Below are positions 59,014 to 64,000 of a DNA stretch of 64,000 bases, piece after piece. Below the pieces are notes generated by a model. That model had not been told where the DNA came from, searched no databases, and saw nothing but the letters and a program-made list of their open reading frames with translations. Both the position numbers and the translations under genes were made by a program. Origin of the DNA: Candidatus Falkowbacteria bacterium (GTDB lineage Bacteria; Patescibacteriota; Patescibacteriia; Patescibacteriales; UBA12465); the NCBI GenBank assembly GCA_016432645.1, contig CP066698.1, positions 389,062 through 453,061 on the forward strand, read 5' to 3'. Every line of letters begins with the position of its first letter. Positions within the stretch are counted from its first letter, which is position 1.

Positions 59014-60546
59014 ATGAAAAATAGACTTTATTTATTATTTTTGGCTGTTATTAGCTGTTTTATCCTAACAGCCAATAATGCTGGCGCCAGCCCGATTATC
59101 AGCGATATCCATGCGGAATCCCTCCAAGGCAACGCCGCCCGGATTTTTTGGTCGACTAGCGAAAATAGCACTGGCTATCTCTATTTTGGCGAAAGCGCAG
59201 ATAATATGCCCTTCTACGTCGGCGACCTAAATGTCGGACGTTCCCACAGTGCTGATTTAACCGGGCTTAAAGCTAAAACCGGATACTATTATAAAATCGT
59301 GGCCGTTGGCGAAAATGGCGGCCGCAGCGAGTCTTTTGTTAATTATTTGGATACCAAAAATATAAAAAATACCCAGGCCGCCACTCTTTACGATATTAAA
59401 AAATTACAAACAACCGACACCGCTTTCGCTTTATCTTTTTTTGCCAATGAGCCAGTGAGCGTTAAAATAAAATATGGCACCACGGCCGGCAATTTAGATA
59501 AGACATGGAGCTACGGCAATCGTAAACAAGAATTTTTGACAATCATCACCGGACTTAAACCAGCCACCCATTATTATTATGAAATAATTACCACCGACGA
59601 AGATAAAAATACTTCTTCATACTCCGGCGACCTGACGACATCTAGCTACGCTATCAATGATATTAAAATTAACAATTTAATTCCCGAGAGCACCGGACAG
59701 GCGCCGCTCTTAGCTGAAAACGCGGTGATTACTTGGGACACTAATATTTTAGCGACTGCTGATATTTCTTATGGAGTTAAACCTGATAAATTAAATACCA
59801 ACCTTAAAGTAACGGCTACCTCCAGCCTGAGCCATAAAGCAACCTTGAATAAGCTGAACCCTAATACCATTTATTATTATAAAATAAAACTAAAAAGTGA
59901 ACTGAATAAAAAAAGTTTTGAAAGTAAAATTTATTCTTTCCAAACTGCTCCCCTAACCAGCGAGTATTTAAATACCTATTTCAAAAATGGTGATTTAGTA
60001 AAATATAAATCAACCACTTATTTTATTTACAATAATACTAAAATTGCTCTTAACAATAATGATAAAATAAAAAGCATCTCCAAGGCGACCCCAAAAACAA
60101 TTACGGAGACCTACTTTAACCAATATCAAAACGGCATCCCTTATTGGGGTATTTACAGCGACGGCCAAGTGGTTAAAGAAGCCAACAAAAACGCTGTTTA
60201 TTTAATAGACGGAAATTATAAGCGTCCGATTGCCAACTGGGATGTCTTTACTTATCTCAATTATAAATCTCAAGATATTGTTGTCTCTAAAAAAGGCGAG
60301 CTAAACGCCTATAAATTAGGAACGGTAATTAAAAATTCTAAAGAAGTAACGGGAACGGCGGCCTATTTAAATAATAGACTGGTAAAATCAAATTTCGGAA
60401 CAACGGTTTATCTAATTGCTAACGGTAAAAAAATGCCTTTTTACAGCGAGAGCGCTTTTAAAAATAGGGGCTACAATTTCAAATCGGTCAGAACTATTTC
60501 TGAAAGCGAATTGTCCGGCATCCCAGACGGCCAGGTTATTATGTAA
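59014..60546 (+). CDS. secreted protein with three FN3/purple-acid-phosphatase-N-like domains and C-terminal ~65-aa repeats
   Basis: Signal peptide. Three segments end in YYYKIVAV, HYYYEIITTD and IYYYKIKL. The C-terminal VYLIDGNYKRPI and VYLIANGKKMPF...GY repeats are as in the 27584 protein. Confidence 0.7.
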   Translation: MKNRLYLLFLAVISCFILTANNAGASPIISDIHAESLQGNAARIFWSTSENSTGYLYFGESADNMPFYVGDLNVGRSHSADLTGLKAKTGYYYKIVAVGENGGRSESFVNYLDTKNIKNTQAATLYDIKKLQTTDTAFALSFFANEPVSVKIKYGTTAGNLDKTWSYGNRKQEFLTIITGLKPATHYYYEIITTDEDKNTSSYSGDLTTSSYAINDIKINNLIPESTGQAPLLAENAVITWDTNILATADISYGVKPDKLNTNLKVTATSSLSHKATLNKLNPNTIYYYKIKLKSELNKKSFESKIYSFQTAPLTSEYLNTYFKNGDLVKYKSTTYFIYNNTKIALNNNDKIKSISKATPKTITETYFNQYQNGIPYWGIYSDGQVVKEANKNAVYLIDGNYKRPIANWDVFTYLNYKSQDIVVSKKGELNAYKLGTVIKNSKEVTGTAAYLNNRLVKSNFGTTVYLIANGKKMPFYSESAFKNRGYNFKSVRTISESELSGIPDGQVIM

Positions 60547-60566
60547 AACCGAAGATAGCCAAGCTC

Positions 60567-60595
60567 TTGTCAAACCAAAAAACTTTTGTTATTAT
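60567..60595 (+). promoter_or_regulatory. candidate promoter of tRNA-Lys
   Basis: TTGTCA, 17-nt spacer, TATTAT; 43 nt upstream of the tRNA. Confidence 0.45.
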
Positions 60596-60637
60596 CAAAT
60601 ACATAAATTAATAAGGCTAAATTAGCCAATATTTATT

Positions 60638-60710
60638 GCGCCTATAGCTCAGTTGGTAGAGCAGCTCCCTTTTAAGGAGACGGTCGTAGGTTCGAATCCT
60701 ACTGGGCGCA
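60638..60710 (+). tRNA. tRNA-Lys (anticodon UUU)
   Basis: GCGCCTA/TGGGCGC acceptor, GCTC-AGTTGGTA-GAGC D arm, CTTTTAA anticodon loop, GTAGG-TTCGAAT-CCTAC T arm. 73 nt. Confidence 0.92.
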
Positions 60711-60718
60711 CAAAAAAA

Positions 60719-60752
60719 GAAAAACCGTTCTAATAGGACGGTTTTTCTTTTT
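60719..60752. terminator. bidirectional terminator
   Basis: 10-bp stem GAAAAACCGT/ACGGTTTTTC with a 9-nt loop and A/T runs on both sides. Confidence 0.7.
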
Positions 60753-60778
60753 AAGAATTAAATTATATTTTTATATCT

Positions 60779-61534
60779 TTAACGCAAAGTCCAGCCGCCG
60801 TCAACGACAATCGTCTGGCCAGTAATATAACTCGCGCCTTCAGAAGCCAAAAAGGCTACCGCGTTAGCAATATCTTCCGGCTGACCGTAGCGAGAGAGTG
60901 GAATCATCGCTACCGTCTGTTTTCGAAGCTCTTCAGTGGCCGTCCGCGGTTGATCAGGCTGGCTGGCTCCCGGAGTATCGATTGCACCTGGGGCAACATT
61001 ATTAACCGTAATTTTCCTGGGCGCAACCTCTAAGGCTAGAGCTCTAGCAAAAGCGTTAAGCGCTCCTTTGGAAGCGCAATAATGGGTTAAGCCGGCGAAA
61101 CCGACAACGGAGGCAATGGAAGAAATATTAATTATCCGTCCGCCCTCAGGCATAACTTTCAACGCTTCCTGACAAGTGAAAAAAATACTTTTTAAATTAA
61201 CATCAATTACCTTGTCCCAATCACTTTCAGTCATCTTATCAAAAGCAATAAACGGAAAGATACCGGCATTGTTCACCAAAATATCCAAAGAACCGAACTC
61301 TGATTTAACGGCGGCAATCATCGCTTCAACCTCCGCTTTATTACTAACATCACACTTAAGAGCCAGGGCTTGGCTTCCCAGCTGTTTAATCTCATCCGCA
61401 ACCTGTTGGCAAGCTGATTGGTCAAGATCGGCTACAACTATTTTAGCTCCGGCCTTAGCCAGCACTAAGGCAATCCCGCGACCGATTCCCTGCTTAGCAC
61501 CGGTAACAACTGCGACTTTATTTTGTAAATCCAT
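60779..61534 (-). CDS. short-chain dehydrogenase/reductase (FabG-like)
   Basis: VTGAKQGIGRGIA, NNAG, S...YCASK catalytic pattern. 251 aa. Confidence 0.88.
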   Translation of the reverse strand: MDLQNKVAVVTGAKQGIGRGIALVLAKAGAKIVVADLDQSACQQVADEIKQLGSQALALKCDVSNKAEVEAMIAAVKSEFGSLDILVNNAGIFPFIAFDKMTESDWDKVIDVNLKSIFFTCQEALKVMPEGGRIINISSIASVVGFAGLTHYCASKGALNAFARALALEVAPRKITVNNVAPGAIDTPGASQPDQPRTATEELRKQTVAMIPLSRYGQPEDIANAVAFLASEGASYITGQTIVVDGGWTLR

Positions 61535-61618
61535 ATGATTTTAAAGTTAAATTATGTTTATAATAACTACTTTTTTATATTAGTATTTTAGCAAAATAAT
61601 GGGAAAAAGTATAAAAAA

Positions 61619-61642
61619 GAAGCTGGCTTGCCAGCCGGCTTC
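61619..61642 (-). terminator. rho-independent terminator following short element a
   Basis: Minus strand GAAGCCGGCT-GGCA-AGCCAGCTTC followed by T6. Confidence 0.65.
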
Positions 61643-61652
61643 ATTCTCATTG

Positions 61653-61679
61653 GCGGAGAGATGGGCGTAGTTAGAATGG
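61653..61679 (-). repeat. short element a of the GCGGAGAG/CTCTCCGC family
   Basis: Minus strand reads CCATTCTAACTACGCCCATCTCTCCGC(CA); sits between the gene's stop-proximal hairpin and a terminator. Confidence 0.5.
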
Positions 61680-61708
61680 TTTTAGATAAATAAAAAAATC
61701 TAAATCTA

Positions 61709-62296
61709 CTACTCATTTCCTACAAATTTTTTGAAGTTTTCCATATCCTGTTCAGATCCTAATACGTTGATTTGTTCCGGCTCATAAACACTATACTCAT
61801 CATCATTTGTCCCTTCAAAAGCATATACTCCATCATATCCATATTTATTTGCATAAACATAAATATTGGCTGGTAGATAAAAATTTTTACTTTTTCCTTC
61901 GGTGTACTCAGGGTGTTCTTTATTTACATAGTTAATAAATTCGTCATTATATGGTTCGGCTAAATTATTTATATTTAAAACAGCTTGCATTACATATTGA
62001 CCGTACCTTCCCGTATTAATGGGGCTAAAATAAAATCTATATCCATTTATTTCCTTTGTTTTAGATTTATCAAAAACATCAAATTTTTCAACAGTTCTAT
62101 GATAGACGATATCCTTTATCTTGCTTTCAGGAAAAACCGTATCTAAATATTTTGAATATTGCTCCTTTGTTCCAATATCAGCTAACTCTGGGATTTGCTC
62201 AAAAGCAAAATCAACTCCTTCTTTAATTTGAGGCTTTTCAATTTTATTTTCTTTTAAATCAGTATTCTGCGGAAAACTAAAGGGGAATTTTTCCAT
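61709..62296 (-). CDS. hypothetical protein; weak resemblance to polyvalent-protein-type ADP-ribosyltransferase-like domains
   Basis: 195-aa ORF. VYHRT...FDVFD, YFSP and the C-terminal EYSVYEPEQI pattern recall the H-Y-E style ART-PolyVal family. By eye only. Confidence 0.55.
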   Translation of the reverse strand: MEKFPFSFPQNTDLKENKIEKPQIKEGVDFAFEQIPELADIGTKEQYSKYLDTVFPESKIKDIVYHRTVEKFDVFDKSKTKEINGYRFYFSPINTGRYGQYVMQAVLNINNLAEPYNDEFINYVNKEHPEYTEGKSKNFYLPANIYVYANKYGYDGVYAFEGTNDDEYSVYEPEQINVLGSEQDMENFKKFVGNE

Positions 62297-62323
62297 ATTT
62301 TAACTAAAATCCAGCCATCATCA

Positions 62324-62668
62324 TTATAACATTATAATTGCAACGGAAGCGGCAACAAAAAAATAAATTTGATAAATCAAATATGGAACCAAATAATATA
62401 AGATTATGGCTTCAACCAATGATATTATTATTTTATTTATTGCCCGATTAAGGATCGTTTTTGTCTTGTTTTCTTTAAATAATCTAAATGTAAAATAACA
62501 AGACAATATAAATACTACAAAATGCAAATACACGTAACCATTAAAGTGGAGTCCCTTGAATAATGTGTAGTTCAGTCTTAATAATACAATAAATACCGCC
62601 GTACTAATAAATAGGTTGAGGATATCAAATTTGTGGTTCTTAACGGCGCGAATAATTTTATTTTCCAT
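62324..62668 (-). CDS. small membrane protein, unknown function
   Basis: 114 aa, 3-4 hydrophobic segments, 27 nt upstream of the next gene. Confidence 0.55.
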   Translation of the reverse strand: MENKIIRAVKNHKFDILNLFISTAVFIVLLRLNYTLFKGLHFNGYVYLHFVVFILSCYFTFRLFKENKTKTILNRAINKIIISLVEAIILYYLVPYLIYQIYFFVAASVAIIML

Positions 62669-62769
62669 AAATCAATTTGCTTAATGCTATCAATGGCTAT
62701 TTATATTATATCATGTTAGCTAAAAGATGATAGGTTTACTTGTTAGGGAGCTCTACAAACAAAGAAAAA

Positions 62770-62790
62770 AGAAGGAATTTTATTCCTTCT
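62770..62790 (-). terminator. terminator following short element b
   Basis: AGAAGGAAT-NNN-ATTCCTTCT with A/T runs on both sides. Confidence 0.6.
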
Positions 62791-62800
62791 TTTTTTCTTG

Positions 62801-62829
62801 GCGGAGAGGGTGGGACGATGTTGGAACTG
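62801..62829 (-). repeat. short element b of the family
   Basis: Minus strand reads CAGTTCCAACATCGTCCCACCCTCTCCGC(CA); bracketed by hairpins at 62847-62870 and 62770-62790. Confidence 0.5.
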
Positions 62830-62846
62830 TTTTGACAAATAAAAAA

Positions 62847-62870
62847 GGAAGTCTTATATTTTAGACTTCC
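62847..62870 (-). terminator. terminator directly after the 82-aa gene
   Basis: Minus strand GGAAGTCT-N8-AGACTTCC followed by T6. Confidence 0.6.
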
Positions 62871-62889
62871 CTGATAAGGACGATAAATG

Positions 62890-63138
62890 CTATCGAAAAT
62901 TTCGTACGGCCACGATACGCTGAAACCATTTTGTTACTAATACAGCAACAATATGTCCAATTAATGAAAATATAATGGCCAAATACCAATAAGCTGGGAG
63001 TATAACCCACGTTAGAGCAAGGGATCCACCAATAGCGCCACCAGGCAAACGATTTGCTTTCTTTTTCCCAAGAATTGCGGCGGTTCCAGCATAAACTGCC
63101 ATACCAATCAAAAACGAAAAAATAGATATTTTTAACAT
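62890..63138 (-). CDS. small membrane protein, unknown function
   Basis: 82 aa, 3 hydrophobic segments, followed by a terminator. Confidence 0.55.
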   Translation of the reverse strand: MLKISIFSFLIGMAVYAGTAAILGKKKANRLPGGAIGGSLALTWVILPAYWYLAIIFSLIGHIVAVLVTKWFQRIVAVRNFR

Positions 63139-63255
63139 GATTGCGATTTTATAAAGTTACTACTAATTTGATTAATTACTAAACTTACCTAATCTTTAGA
63201 TAATCTCAGTAATTAACCAAATCTAACCCAATTTTTTAAAGTTCTACATAACAAA

Positions 63256-63280
63256 AAAGTATATCATATTAATATACTTT
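63256..63280 (-). terminator. hairpin following element B
   Basis: AAAGTATAT-N7-ATATACTTT, 9-bp AT stem with T-rich flanks. Confidence 0.45.
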
Positions 63281-63289
63281 TGTCAATCT

Positions 63290-63462
63290 GCGGAGAGAGA
63301 GGGATTTATCGCGCTCGCTTTTCTTCCGAAAAGCTCACTTGTCCAGAGGCAGCGCTAAAGCATCCCCCGGATGCTTTAGCGACGCTCGTCTACACACTCG
63401 CCGCTCAGAAAAGTGGCTCGTGTTTGCCTCGCTTCTGCCTAGTTCGAATCCCTCCCATTTTC
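63290..63462 (-). ncRNA. unclassified GC-rich structured element, copy B (strand assigned by homology to copy A)
   Basis: Closing helix GAGGGATT/AATCCCTC (63447-63454 with 63299-63306). Inner helices GGCAG/CTGCC, a 13-bp hairpin CGCTAAAGCATCC-GGG-GGATGCTTTAGCG and CTTTTC-GGAA-GAAAAG. Junction sequences (ATTCGAAC, AAGYGAG.CAA, GGACAAGTGA, GAGCGCGATAA) are shared with copy A. Confidence 0.5.
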
Positions 63463-63473
63463 CAAATACAAAA

Positions 63474-63500
63474 ATAAAACAACCAATTTGGTTGTTTTAT
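63474..63500 (-). terminator. terminator hairpin between short element c and element B
   Basis: AAAACAACCA/TGGTTGTTTT stem with a 3-nt loop and T-runs on both strands. Confidence 0.6.
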
Positions 63501-63507
63501 TTTGTGT

Positions 63508-63536
63508 GCGGGGAGAGTGGGATGCAGTTGGAACAG
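63508..63536 (-). repeat. short element c of the family
   Basis: Minus strand reads CTGTTCCAACTGCATCCCACTCTCCCCGC; 20 nt downstream of the eutH stop. Confidence 0.45.
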
Positions 63537-63555
63537 TAATTTCTAATATTCTTAA

Positions 63556-64000
63556 TTATTCTAACAATTTATTATCTTTCTTTAAATAAATTCTATTATA
63601 TACAAACATTGCTACCATTATGGCCGTCAGTCCGCCAATTAATTTACCTCCAATTACTGGTAATATCATATTGGTATTAACGCTAGCTGTAAAACCTAAG
63701 TGATCACCTAGAACAAAAGCTGCTGAAACCGCAAAAGCTACATTAATCACTTTGCCGCGATTATCCATTTCTTTAAACATGCTAAACATCGGAATATTAT
63801 TAGCTAAAGATGTAATGAGCCCAGCAGCAGATTTATCATTTATATTTAATTTTTTTCCACCAGCTACTAAATATTTTTTAAATATGGTTGTAATGGCGTA
63901 AACCATTGGATAAGCCCCAACTAAAATAATAGTAATTGAGCCAATAATTTTTAGACTTTCTGATATTGGCGCCATACCAGGAATAATTACAAAACTAGTC
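63556..64000 (-). CDS. eutH: ethanolamine permease EutH, C-terminal part (gene continues beyond the right edge)
   Basis: GSITIILVGAYPMV...LANNIPMFSMFKEMDNRGKVINVAFAVSAAFVLGDHLGFTA...GKLIGGLTAI closely parallels the C-terminus of E. coli EutH as I recall it. The frame stays open upstream of the tracked Met to position 64000. Confidence 0.85.
   Translation of the reverse strand, partial: TSFVIIPGMAPISESLKIIGSITIILVGAYPMVYAITTIFKKYLVAGGKKLNINDKSAAGLITSLANNIPMFSMFKEMDNRGKVINVAFAVSAAFVLGDHLGFTASVNTNMILPVIGGKLIGGLTAIMVAMFVYNRIYLKKDNKLLE

Noticed and set aside
61600-63560. Integron-like gene-cassette array with attC sites (small same-strand ORFs separated by imperfect repeats).
   Set aside because: The repeats do not fit the RYYYAAC...GTTRRRY core-site pattern (GTTCCAAC/GTTGGAAC are off by one position). 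No intI gene or attI is present, and one gene pair (62296/62324) has no repeat between them.

Overview
This is a tightly packed bacterial chromosome segment with many textbook rho-independent terminators. It is AT-rich outside one glycine-codon-rich giant gene (GC not computed). The gene content resembles Candidate Phyla Radiation/Patescibacteria genomes: streamlined housekeeping genes, many signal-peptide or TM proteins, cohesin/dockerin-type surface proteins, degenerate glycolytic enzymes and a membrane-anchored Clp ATPase. That lineage call is inference only. Recognisable genes are tpiA, a galE-like epimerase, gyrB, pgk, an enolase homolog, a domain-deleted iPGM homolog, clpB (with a CIRCE-like operator), def, fmt, DedA, MFS, NUDIX, an ECF sigma plus putative anti-sigma, an SDR, eutH (partial) and three tRNAs (Thr-GGU, Glu-CUC, Lys-UUU). 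I saw no rRNA, CRISPR array, transposase, integrase or phage genes. Three things stand out. (1) At 34.0-56.0 kb, a single 19.3-kb gene encodes a 6437-aa secreted protein with an acidic PE-rich spacer, about 50 Gly-rich GLUG-like units, 27 tandem FN3 domains and a C-terminal dockerin-like module. Two membrane-anchored cohesin-like proteins follow it in the same transcription direction. Together these are a candidate non-cellulosomal cohesin-dockerin surface-display/adhesion system. (2) At 1.6-5.6 kb, a compact four-gene cluster of exported proteins is built around a lipoprotein secretin, with two pilin-like small subunits and a three-domain Ig-like protein. No ATPase, platform protein, prepilin peptidase or usher occurs anywhere in the window. 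(3) A family of GC-rich, terminator-flanked non-coding elements is present: two ~175-nt copies at 32371-32547 and 63290-63462 that differ by compensatory base-pair changes, plus three ~28-nt derivatives. Their termini copy tRNA T-arm/acceptor sequence. Smaller oddities include a GT4(WecA/MraY-like)-QueH fusion, catalytic-residue substitutions in the enolase homolog, a membrane-anchored Clp ATPase with a degenerate first Walker B, and a Cys-rich small membrane protein. All domain calls were made by eye from the translations; no searches were run.
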